A stretch of 64,000 bases of DNA from Octopus bimaculoides (lineage: Eukaryota): positions 72,092,065 to 72,156,064 of the forward strand of contig NC_068991.1 in NCBI RefSeq assembly GCF_001194135.2, written 5' to 3'. Shown piece after piece: positions 52,855 to 64,000 of the stretch (within the stretch, counting starts at the first letter, position 1; every line of letters starts with the position of its first letter). A model generated the notes under the pieces. It did not search any database, was not told where the DNA came from, and was given only the letters and a program-made list of their open reading frames with translations. The translations under genes were made by a program, and so were the position numbers.

Positions 52855-52855
<1 letters not shown>
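52430..52855 (-). mobile_element. Two tandem copies of tRNA-derived SINE family 2 separated by (AAT)n
   Basis: On the minus strand each copy reads gagctggca...gagttcaaatt..ccaaggtc.ctttgcctttcatcct....ggtcaataaa.taag.accag. Other copies lie at about 30330-30520 (-), 35428-35600 (+), 50900-51025 (+) and 63655-63795 (+). Confidence 0.85.
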
Positions 52856-52898
<43 letters not shown>

Positions 52899-53318
52899 CA
52901 GAAGTAGTGGGGGAGCATCATAGCCATGTGTTGAGAGGTAGTCTTTGGGGTTTGGATAATTCACTTTTGGAAACATGGGTGTTTTGCTCAACATCCTTAA
53001 ACAACCCTTATTCAGGGACCTTTTAAGCAGGATGGGCTACTCGACCTGAAGAAAATTCTAACTGNNNNNNNNNNGGACCTTTTGAGCGGGATGGGCAACT
53101 CGACCTGAAAAAAATTCTAACTAGGCCCCACCTGCGAGGTCATGCGCTGTTTATCTTGATATGAGATCACCATGTCGCGCATATATGGTTGTGATGCATG
53201 TGCCTGGTGTACTCCTATCAGACGGGTGTTCATGATGGGTATATTGGGCTTTGTATATTTTACCCCAGTGTCACTTTGATGGCATGCACTGCTCTCTCAC
53301 TCAATAATAATAATAATA
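52899..53318 (+). mobile_element. Unclassified retroposon 3' end with (AAT)n tail
   Basis: A CpG-retaining ~400-bp block bounded by (AAT)n on both sides. It has no ORF, and a 10-N gap with duplicated overlap lies inside. Confidence 0.55.
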
Positions 53319-53825
53319 TAACAAGGCAACATTTACATGCTCCAGGAAAAAGCATGTCTATTATAAAATGCAGGAGAGAACAATCCTCATTTTTGTCAAA
53401 TAACATGGCAATATGGCAGTAAGTGTCCGCAATAGATAGAAAAGATGTTTTTCTTTTATTTTTATTTTTTCGTTTTTTTATTCTATTTATTTGCTTCCTT
53501 TTTTGCAGAAGCCCAGGGTCAAGAAGCAAGTTCATTAATTGACTTTCCCCAAATGCCTAACATTTCATAAATATAAACACAAGGTTTGGCATCCTTCAAA
53601 AATCAACTTTTCACGCACACAAAACAAAACAAAACCTCTCTTATTCTTTCCCTCTCTCTTTTTCGATCCATGCACACTTAAACTCTCAAGTTCATACACA
53701 TTTACACAACAGATATAGAGGGGTTACTTTATTTTAAGTACTGTTTATTTCCTCTTTTGTCGTTATCTCCACCTCTCCTCATCACACATTTGCACACTCT
53801 CTCTCTCTTTCTCTCTCTGTATGTG

Positions 53826-53857
<32 letters not shown>

Positions 53858-54229
53858 TTTTTTAATTTATTTATTGAGAATGGAATTGTGTAGTGCATCC
53901 AGCTGTAAAATATTTCAGTCATATTCAAACCAAGCGAATGAGTAAAAGTGCAGGTGCGACTGCATGGTCAGAAGTTTGCTCCCTAACCACATGGTTCTGG
54001 GTTCAGTCTCACTGTGTGGCACCTCAAGCAAATGTCTTCTGCTACAGACTCAGGTTGTCCAATGCCTTGTGAGTGGATTCAGTTGACAGAAACTGAAAGA
54101 AGTCTGTTGTGTGTGTGACAACTGGGAGAATAAAACCCAGGTTTAAAACAAAAATAAGGTGGCACCTCAGCATGGTCACAGTCTAATGACAAACAAGATA
54201 AGAAATTTAAAAAATCCAGCTCTGAACCA

Positions 54230-54539
54230 CTGCACATAAAGAGCACCATTCAAGTGTGGTTGTTTCCAGTGCCACCTGACTGGCTCCTGTGCCCGTGGCA
54301 TGTAAAAAGCACCATTCAAGCACGGTCGATGCCAGTACCGCCTGACTGGCTGGTGGCATGGAAAAAGCACCCACTACACTCTCAGAGTGGTTGGCGTTAG
54401 GAAGGGCATCCAGCTGTAGAAACTTTGCCAGATGAGATTGGAGCCTGGTGCAGCCTTCTGGCTTGCTAGCCCTCAATAAAACTGTCCATCCCATGCCAGC
54501 ATGGAAAGTGGACATTGAACAACGATGATGATGATGATG
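54230..54539 (+). mobile_element. RTE family A 3' UTR copy
   Basis: Contains aaagcaccattcaag tandem units and the standard tail ending (GAT)n. Confidence 0.85.
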
Positions 54540-54971
54540 CAGAGTGTGTATTTATTTGGCATCCTTCAAAAAGGATGAGGCCTTTTTTTTTTTTGAGAGG
54601 GCAGGATGTCAGATGAGGGAGATTTGGTCACAATTTATAGAATATCAAGCAACCACAAAGAGTTCCCTTCTCCCAGCTTTTAAGACTGGTTCTGGTTTGT
54701 GTAGCATGTCGATCATGTCTCTTTCACAGGATACAGGTAAGTTTTTACCTCTTCTCTAATCAGGTAGACTGAGATAGTAATTCAGGTAAGTGTTTTTGAC
54801 TACAATCACAACAAAATGCTTGCAGCAGAACACAAACTCTTGATCAGTGAGTCATTTCACGTCTCTTTAGCTTCATAAATGTAAATTCAACAATAAAGCT
54901 TCAATGTGGTTACTGGACTTACAAGAAACAACAACCATATCTCCCTCAAATCACACCCTTAGTGTTTAAAA

Positions 54972-55141
54972 CATCATCATCATGATCGTTTAAAGTCTGT
55001 TTTCCATGCAGGCATGGGTTGGATAGTTTGGCTGAGGACCGGCAAGCCAGGAGGCTGCACCAGGCTCCAATCTGATCTGGCAATGTTTCTACTGCTGGAT
55101 GCCCTTCCTAACGCGAATTACTCTGAGAGTGTAGTGGGTGT
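54972..55141 (-). mobile_element. RTE family A 3' tail copy
   Basis: (CAT)n followed by the tail in reverse orientation, about 430 bp from the + copy at 54230. Confidence 0.8.
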
Positions 55142-55167
55142 GTGTGTGCACATATATATATACATAC

Positions 55168-55204
<37 letters not shown>

Positions 55205-55700
55205 ATATACATAAATACACATCCTGTATAAGGGCACATATAAAACAAGATATACTCATACTATATCTGACAAAAAAAAAAGAGGTCATGGCCGGAGTGC
55301 CTTTGATCACAGGTCAGCTAGATAAAGGATGAGTTGGTGTTTATAAAAAGCAAGACACCACATGAAAAATACTGAACTGACTGGATTTGTCTAGCAAGCA
55401 AAGACAGATATTAATGATATTATCATTGTTGTTTTACATCTGCACTTCATGGGAGCTTAGATCAAATGGAGGCATATGTTGCACTGGTTTTACACACACA
55501 CACACATGTATATGAAGGGTGAAGGCATGACTGCATGCTTATGAAGTCCATTCCCCAACTACATGGCACCAAGTTCAATCCTCTTGTGGAACCTCAGTCT
55601 GTACACTACCTTAGCCTCAGGTTGATCAATGCTTTGTAAGTTTTGTTAACCCAAACTATTTAGAGGCCTGATACCTATGTAGATATATGCGTGCATTTAA

Positions 55701-55978
55701 CCCAATACCTACCAGTGATCTCATATGAGATCACTTAAAAATGACAAATTTCGTAATTATCTGTCAATATTTACACATATCTAACCTTTTTGCTATATCT
55801 ACTAGCTATATTTCTCAGATATTCAAATGAGGTTTGCTAATTTTTCACCCAATATCTCGCTTATTTCTATTTAAAATGTTATTTTGATCATTCCAGCGTG
55901 CTTCTAAGGCTGTTTGATGCTAGAAATCAAAGTTTCATAAAAAAAATTCCAGTTAATAGAATTATGGGAGGTAATGGG
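55701..55978. mobile_element. piggyBac-like MITE with internal 22-bp palindrome
   Basis: TTAA|cccaatacctacca ... tgggaggtaatggg|TTAA, with a 12/14 TIR match. Confidence 0.8.
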
Positions 55979-56756
55979 TTAAGCACAAACATAAAATCCA
56001 GTGTACACCCATGTGCTTGCATATAAATATATTAGTGGACAAACAAAAGAAATTGGCACGTGTGTGCGTGCACACACACACATGCACACACAAATATGTC
56101 TTTTGGGGGTCTAATGAGGTGTCAGTTCATCATAATTACTCTCCACCAGCTGCTGCTGTACTCGTTTTCAGCAGAGTGGACTGGAATAATTGAAAATGAA
56201 ATGTCATACTAAAAAGTGTGATGCAAAGTGGCAAAGGATGGAAAACAAAAATTGACAGAAAAGGCTGGGGGTGGGGTCTCTTCAAATTTGTTACAGACAC
56301 TCCTTTGTCACACTCTTGCAATGAATTAGTGACTGGTCTGGAAATCCGTGACTAATAATGCTATTGTTTGCCGACTGCGATGTGCAACAACACTGATAAA
56401 CTGGTGAAAATACAAGGGGGTGATTAAAGTCCATTTGCTGAAGTGTTGTTTTTCTTTATATTAAGATATTATGGTATCATCGTAAAAGAAGGAGTTAAAT
56501 TTAGATAATCTAAAAAACAAAAAAACAAAAATTCTATCAGCTTGCATATTTTAACAATATGCGCCTTTAAATAAGCTCCAACAAAGTAAATTTAGTTGAA
56601 AATAGCAGCAGTAGTTCTTATGGATGAAAGATTAATTCAAGGGTTCTGTTTTTGACAAAATCATTCAGGATATAATTTTGTATTTCCTGTTTCCTGTTCT
56701 TAAGAAGTGAAACAGCACACAGGTCAGAGGTTTATAAGATGGTGCTTTTATATATT

Positions 56757-58023
56757 ATCATCCTTTAACGTCCATTTTCCATGCTGGCATGGGTTGGATG
56801 GTTCAACCGGCATCTGGGAAGCCAGGAGGCTGCACCAAGCTCCAGTCTGATCTGGCAGTGTTTCTACAGCTGGATGCCCTTCCTAACGCCAACCACTCCA
56901 AGAGTGGAGTGGGTGCTTTTTATGTGCCAGCGGCACAGGGGCCAGAGGAGGCCGACAACGGCCACAATCAGTTGGTGCTTTTTACATGCCACCAGCATGG
57001 AAGTCAGTCAAGGCGGCACTGGTATCGGCCACATTGATATGGTGCTTTTTATGTGCCACCGGCACGGGTATCACAACTACAATTTCCATTTGATTTTCAT
57101 TTTGATGTTGATGTACTTGACTCAATAGGTCTCCTCGAGCACAGCAGGTTGCCTTATGATCCAAGGTACTTTTGAATGGGCTGGGGCTGGTTATGCAAAA
57201 CTGGTGTAGGATACAGCCATGAACTCACTTTATTTGCCTGGTCTTCGCAGTCACAGCATATCTCCAGAGGTCTCAGCCTTTTATCATTGCCTCTGTGAGG
57301 CCCAACGCTCGAAGGTCATGCTTGACCACCTCATCCCATGTCTTCCTGGGTCTCCCTCTACCCCGGATTCCTTCAACTGTTTGGGAGTGGCACTTCTTCA
57401 CACATCTCTCCTCATCCATCCGTAGTACATGACCATACCAGCACAAACGTCTCTCTTGCACGCCACATCCAATGCTTCTTATGTCCAACATTTCTCTTAG
57501 AGCACTTACACTCTGTCGTGCGTGCACACTGACATTACACATCCAGCGGATCATGGTAGCTTCATTTCTTTCGAGCCTACGCATGTACTCCACAGTCACG
57601 GCCCATGTTTCACTGCCATGAAGCATGGCAGTTTGCACACATGCATTGTACAATCTACCTTTCACTCTGAGTGAGAGGCCCTTTGTCACCAGTAGGGGTA
57701 GAAGCTTTCTAAACTTTGCCCAGGCTATTTTTATTCTAGTGGTAACAACTCTCTGAGCATCCACCCCCAATCCTAACTTGGTCACCTAGGTAGTGGAAGT
57801 TATCAACTACTTCTAGTTTCTCCCCCTGGAGTTTGATGGAATCTATTTTCTGAGCATCTGTGGTGTTTATTGCCCCTGTGCATCTGCAGCACGCGAAAGC
57901 TATCTTCCCGGTTAATCTTCCTTTGATGTTGCTGCACCTCTTATGTGTCCATAGCTTACAATGGGTACATCTTATGGAGTTTCCAACTACACCTTTTCTA
58001 CAGATCAAGCAGGGCCACCTACC
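56757..58023 (-). mobile_element. 5'-truncated RTE-clade non-LTR retrotransposon (family A) with PHD-like finger, RT thumb/C-terminus, 3' UTR and short GAT tail
   Basis: Overlapping ORFs 57736-58068 and 57273-57785 with a frameshift near 57770 read LEVVDNFHYLGD...RIKIAWAKFRKLLPLL...LHGSETW...WYGHVLRM...GRGRPRKTWDEVVKHDL. The 3' UTR is shared with many short copies in the window. Confidence 0.92.
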
Positions 58024-58027
58024 TAAG

Positions 58028-58375
58028 AGCAGGTGGGCTGTGTGGTGAGAAGCTTGCCACTCAACCACATGGTTTCAGGTTCAGTCCCACTGCATGGCAC
58101 CTTAGGCAAGCGTCTTCTACTATAGCCTTGGACCGACCAAAGCCTTGCGAGTGGATTTGGTAGAAGGAAACTGAAAGAAGCCCACCATATATATGTGTGT
58201 GTTTCTCCCCCACCATCACTTGACAACCGATACTGGTGTGTTTACATCCCCATAACTTAGCAGTTCGGCAAAAGAGACTGATAGAATATGTACTAGGCTT
58301 ACAAAGAATAAGTCCTAGGGTCGATTTGTTTGACTAAAGGCGGTGCTCCAGCATGGCCATGGTCAAATGACAAAT
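58028..58375 (+). mobile_element. SINE family 1 copy abutting the 5' end of the RTE
   Basis: Head gggctgtgtggtgagaagc, B box ggttcagtccc and the full tail are present. Confidence 0.88.
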
Positions 58376-60503
58376 AAAAAAAAGGTTAGAAAATAAAATG
58401 GTGTCAAGATAAAAGTGTGTGTGTTGGGGGGAGGGCGTTTACAGAACCCCATTTATAATAGAAGTCTTAAATGGATACTAGAATAATATTGGCAGTTAAT
58501 GAAATACAAGTTATTATCAAAGAAAAACTGCCGTGTGTGGAATATTTTAAAATAAAGATTTCAATTCAACAAGTGAATTATAAGTGAAGCGACAAATTAG
58601 AAGACTACATTAAACAGAGTGAAAATATGCTCAGAGGGCAATAAATACAATGTCATGAACCACTGCGCTTCAGTTTATAAGCTTGAAATCATTAATATTC
58701 AATTATTTGGATTTTGGGTGTGCCCAGGTTTAATGGAGGTTACAGAAATTTTTTAAGAGGAGATATTTTAGAAATGAAGAAGAAGAAGAAAAAAAAAAGA
58801 GCAGATTATAACAAGTGTGAAATAACAATAGTGTAGCAAAAAGATACTGAATTCAAGTATTGTGTTAGACAACACAATGAACAACAGATGACACAGACAG
58901 AGAATGAAAATGTGTACTTTACATCTCAAGGCAATTTGAGTGGCACAGATGGTATAAACAATTATTTATGCTGTTTTCCAGTCTGGAACACAAATTGTTA
59001 CCTTTGTTTAGTCACATTTACTATACATACATACAAGTGTGTGTGTGTGTATAGGTATTATATTAATAATTATATACATAATTATAACAAGGGATCGGAA
59101 AACAAGCCTCTCCACATGCTGAAAATAGACGCCAAATGATGCTTAAAAACAACCTTAGAAACTCCAAAAACAGGATTCTATCCTTTATTATATAAAAAAT
59201 AAATATCATTTTACATCCATCTTCCATGTTGGTATGGGTTGGACAGTTTGACCGAAGCTGGTGAGCGAGAGGGTGACACTAAGCTCCACTGTCTCCTTTA
59301 GCATGGTTTTTAAATGGCTTTCCTAACACCAACCACTTTACAGAGGACACTAAATGATGATGATGGTGGTGATATATATATAAATACTGTAAACAAGTCA
59401 AATTTTTTTCAATCTGGTCATTATCTGAAGGATAGAATATAATTTTCACTGAGAATATGATAGCTGCCTTCTATTTTAGCTAAAATAGTGATTTTATTTT
59501 TGGTCAAGAAATTCTCTTGACGACCACAGGGTTTCAGATTCAGTACCATTGGACAGCATCTTGGGTGATGCTCTTTTACTGTAGACCCTGGCTGATCAAT
59601 GCTTTGTGACTGTATTTGGCAAATAGAAACTGTGTGGAAGCCTGCCAAATCTTATATATCATCATCACTTTAATGTTCTACTCCTCTTTGCTTGCATGGG
59701 TCACACACAATTTGTTGAGGCACATTTGCTACAAGTGGAGGCCTGGTGTGTCACCAACCCCCACCTATTTCCAAGCAAGGTAACATTTCCCCCATGGCTG
59801 AAGAAGATTGAAATGAAGGACACCACTTCATGCAAGTAATGCTTTTTCCAACTGTTGTGAAAACAAAGAGGTGCATGCACCCACACCCACACAGACTGTT
59901 TTATTTATAATTCTGAATTATTACAATTGTCTGATGAACAGTTATAGAGAAATTCCAAGTAAAAACTTGTGAAGAATTTTTTAGCTTTTTGTTCTAGTAT
60001 TTTGTTCTACCTTTAGTATTTGAGTACTTTTTCCCACCTTGTTTTGCACCATGTATATACAAACAGACACACACACACACACACTCATGGCAGATTTGCA
60101 GGAATGCCACATCAGATTACTTTGCTGTATTCATTGTGGTTCTTCCTAACCCAGGTTCCAATGCTGTGACAGCCTTATTTCAAAAGTAGACTTAATCCAA
60201 CAACTGGCCTAACACCACCATCTGGAACATTGGAGTGCCTTTAGCAGAGTTCACTCTGTTGCATTTAGTCCAGGTTTTCTATTTGAAGATAACATCATCT
60301 CTCTCCTAATGCATAATGTTAGAATTAGATTGGCTGAAGTAGATAACATTTTACACACCCAAACTAGTAGTTCTTGAATTTAAATCTTTATCTCTTCCCA
60401 TTTACTTTTACATGCTTCAGATGATCTAGATGTCAGAAATAAATAGCAGACCTGAAAACATCTGTTCATCTCAAAATTAAGCATTCACTGCTATGATTTT
60501 CTT

Positions 60504-60563
60504 AAGATGGCTTGTGTCTCTCAATCTTAACCTTTCTTAAGATTGAGAGACACAAGTCATTTT
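60504..60563. other. Near-perfect 27-bp-stem inverted repeat (hairpin)
   Basis: cttgtgtctctcaatcttaa-cctttc-ttaagattgagagacacaag gives 20 perfect pairs, extended by 7 more pairs including two G-T. Confidence 0.95.
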
Positions 60564-60774
60564 TTCTTTTATGTCGAAGGGTATCAGAATATACTGTCCC
60601 GGTTTATGTATTTGTGCCTGACAAATTAAAGATCAATACTCCATTGAAGGCCTTACCAAAGTGTTAAAGAGTGTATATAATGTTGTTCCAAACTGGCTGA
60701 GCCTCTAAAAATAATTTACAAAATAGTAGTCTGAACTGAACACAGACTCATGATATGTGTATCTTTTTATTTCA

Positions 60775-61068
60775 TTTACTAGTTTCAGTTGTTGAACTGT
60801 GACCATGCTGGGGCACCACCTTGATGGTTTTAGTCAAATCAACACTAGTTGTCAAGTTGTGGCAGTGGATAGAAACCAAAAAAAAAATACATAAAAGAAA
60901 ACCAACAACAATGGGATTCTATGCAATTTCTATCTATCAAATTCACTCACACAGCATTGGATAACCCAGAGCTATAGTAGAAGATAATCAGCCAAGGTGC
61001 TGTGCAGTGGGACTGAACTCAAAACCACTTGGTTACAAAGCAAGCTTCATAACCACACAGCCATGCTT
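60775..61068 (-). mobile_element. Older SINE family 1 copy
   Basis: gaccatgctggggcaccacc...ccaaggtgctgtgcagtgggactgaac...accacacagccatgc on +. Confidence 0.75.
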
Positions 61069-61789
61069 GCATGTGTGGTTTATGCTTCTTCACCACATGT
61101 TATGAAAACATGCTTTTCAAAAGTCACACAAAGAAAATTGAAGTTCGTTGGCTTTCTGTTTTCAGAACTGATGTTTTCAAAGAAAGACAGAAAGAGAAAA
61201 AAAACCAACATTCCTTGTTTTTAGTTAAAAAGTAAATTTATATGTCTAGCCAGCCTGCAAGCAAGCAACTGAGGATGATAAAGTATATAAAGCAAACAAA
61301 CGCAAACCTGTCGTGAGGCATTTCATTGTACACAAAGTACATAAATTTGTACAGGTACACACTTACATACACAATGCTTGTATTGAAACAGTTTTCTTTT
61401 ATCTAGTTTTTTTTCTAAATCTTTACTGATTTGTTTTTTTTTTCCTAATATTTTTACTGTTGGTTTTTATCTTAGTTAACAGCAAGAACATTATTATTAT
61501 TATTATTATTATTATTATAACTACTTTTTATTATCACAATTCATTTCAACTATTCCTGTTTCAAGTTATACTCTTTTTATGAAAGAATATTTGATAGTCT
61601 TCTAGCTGGTTTATTTGCTTAGCTCATCTGAACTCCATGACATCAGATTCATGAGACACTATCCAGTCAGTTCTCTACTTTGACTACCTACAAATTATTT
61701 CTGTACCATACATCTCAAACATTCACATCTCTTCTGGATAAAATAAACAAGCATCTCACAGTCTCTGTCTCGTTGACATTCATTTTTTA

Positions 61790-62125
61790 CTTGTTGCAGC
61801 CACTAGACTGTGGCCATGCTGGGGCACAGTCTTCAAGAATTTTTGGTCTGACAAATCAACCACAAGTACTTATTCTATTGACCTCTTTTGATGAACCATT
61901 AAGTCATAGAAATGTAAACAAACCAACACTGGCTGTTAAGAGGTGGTGGGGGACAAACACACACACAACAGGCTTCTTTGAGTCTCTGTTTGCCAAATCC
62001 ACTCACAAAGCTTTGGTCAGTTTGAGGCTATAATAGAAGACACTTTGGTCAAGGTACAATCCATAAACATGAACCAAGGACCATGTGGTTGGCAAGCAAA
62101 CTTCTTACCACACAGCTACACCTCT
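61790..62125 (-). mobile_element. Older SINE family 1 copy
   Basis: actgtggccatgctggggcac...aaatccactcacaaagc...cttaccacacagc on +. Confidence 0.75.
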
Positions 62126-62820
62126 CACACACTTCATAATATATATATATATATANNNNNNNNNNNNNNNNNNNNNNNNNNNNNNNNNNNNNNNNNNNNN
62201 NNNNNNNNNNNNNNNNNNNNNNNNNNNNNNNNNNNNNNNNNNNNNNNNNNNNNNNNNNNNNNNNNNNNNNNNNNNNNNNNNNNNNNNNNNNNNNNNNNNN
62301 NNNNNNNNNNNNNNNNNNNNNNNNNNNNNNNNNNNNNNNNNNNNNNNNNNNNNNNNNNNNNNNNNNNNNNNNNNNNNNNNNNNNNNNNNNNNNNNNNNNN
62401 NNNNNNNNNNNNNNNNNNNNNNNNNNNNNNNNNNNNNNNNNNNNNNNNNNNNNNNNNNNNNNNNNNNNNNNNNNNNNNNNNNNNNNNNNNNNNNNNNNNN
62501 NNNNNNNNNNNNNNNNNNNNNNNNNNNNNNNNNNNNNNNNNNNNNNNNNNNNNNNNNNNNNNNNNNNNNNNNNNNNNNNNNNNNNNNNNNNNNNNNNNNN
62601 NNNNNNNNNNNNNNNNNNNNNNNNNNNNNNNNNNNNNNNNNNNNNNNNNNNNNNNNNNNNNNNATATATATATATATATATATAATATATATTTATGCAT
62701 TATTAAAAATATAATTAAGGGTATCTCTTAGATACCCTTAATTATAATTTTAATAATAATTATTACCTTTGAGGTCTTTAGTCCCATGCTGGCCACCTGA
62801 TAACATCGGTATTTTAAATA

Positions 62821-62990
62821 ATCATCATCATCATCCTTTAATATTCATTGTCCATGCTGGTGTGTGTTGGACGGCTTGACCAGAGTTGGCAAGCTGCACC
62901 AGACTTCAGTCTGATTTGGCATGGTTTCTACAACTGTATGCCCATCCTAATGCTAACCACTTTACAGAGTGTGCTGTGTGCCTCTACATG
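62821..62990 (-). mobile_element. Diverged RTE family A 3' tail copy
   Basis: atcatcatcatcatcctttaatattcattgtccatgctgg...ccatcctaatgctaaccac on +. Confidence 0.75.
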
Positions 62991-63001
62991 GCGTCACATG
63001 G

Positions 63002-63043
<42 letters not shown>

Positions 63044-64000
63044 CAAAAAAGAATTATTGGCTGTGTGGTTACAAAGTTAGTTTGAAAACCATGTGGTTTT
63101 GGGTTCAGCCTCAGTGTGGAACCCTGGGTAAGTGTTTTCAACTATAATCCCAGACCTTGAGTGAATTCAGCAAACAGAGATTGTGTGGAATCCTACAGTG
63201 AGTATGTATCATCAGCAGTGTGTGTCTTTATTTGACAACTTGTTCATGCTCTCATAAATAAGTGGTTTGATAAAAGAGAAAGAAAAAGACTGATAAAATA
63301 TACACCAGACACTTCAAAATAAAATGATAGGGGGTACTGGGTCAACTTGATAGACTTATATCTTCAAAAGGCCACAATCCAAGGATTGAAACCAGTAAAA
63401 GCAGCCATAGAAGTGAATTTTTGACATCAGGGTGTGCCAAAAGAATAACCCATTTTAGAAAAAAAATTTTTTTTTTTAAAGCTAATTCCTTTATATCCAA
63501 TCTCTCCATAACCAGCAAGTTGAGTGTTCTTACAAACTTGATTCTTTTCAAGCTGAACTATTAATTTCTCGAGCAGTTTTACAGGTGAATGTTCTTCCTG
63601 CTGTTGCTAACTACTACTCCTCAAAAGAATTTCTACTCTCAATTAGGTTAATGGAGTGGACTGACAGAAAAGCTAGACATAGCAGCAGACAAAATGCCTG
63701 CACTCTTTAAATACAGCAAGTTCAAATCCTGCCAAAGTTAACTTTGCCATTTATTCTGTCTGGAATTGATAAAATAAAGTACCAATCAAATACTAAGTTC
63801 GTTTCCAGTGTATTCCAGTATAGTATTAAGACTAAGTAGAGATATCTTTTATCTTCTACTTTAGAGTTTCAAGTAAATAAACTGGCCCAGTACTTCTTTT
63901 GCTTTTAAGTCTGGTACTTCTTCTACCATCTCTTTTGCTGAACTGTTAAGTTACAAGGACATAAACAAACCAACACCAGATGTCAAATGGCAGGAGGAAG

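Noticed and set aside
56920-57070. Short repeated ggtgctttt(t)a..tgcc units that superficially suggest a CRISPR-like array
   Set aside because: This is eukaryotic DNA, the units are diverged along their whole length, they sit within a LINE 3' UTR, and no cas genes are present.

Overview
This is AT-rich, repeat-dense animal draft-assembly DNA with many N gaps next to microsatellites. The SINE/LINE families look like those of an octopod cephalopod, but that is recalled from memory and not confirmed. The only well-supported gene is a minus-strand PACSIN/syndapin (F-BAR adaptor). Six coding exons can be reconstructed with GT-AG boundaries and matching phases: 38746-38539, 12159-11960, 6999-6862, 5842-5717, 3188-gap and 2452-2332. 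They encode almost the whole F-BAR domain. Exon 5 runs into an assembly gap, the linker/SH3 exons were not found and probably lie left of base 1, and a non-coding 5' exon must lie right of 38765. The rest is intronic or upstream sequence with at least three RTE-clade LINE families, several tRNA-derived SINE families, and hAT, piggyBac-like, mariner and Tigger-like MITEs. The most interesting items are: a PHD-type C4HC3 zinc finger embedded in the RT/thumb region of an RTE ORF2; a near-perfect 60-nt hairpin; a structured 170-nt island; inverted retroposon pairs that could form dsRNA in the PACSIN pre-mRNA; a TATA/Inr promoter-like insert antisense to the gene; and a nested SINE-in-hAT insertion with both target-site duplications intact. 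No clearly novel multi-gene system is demonstrable from sequence alone.
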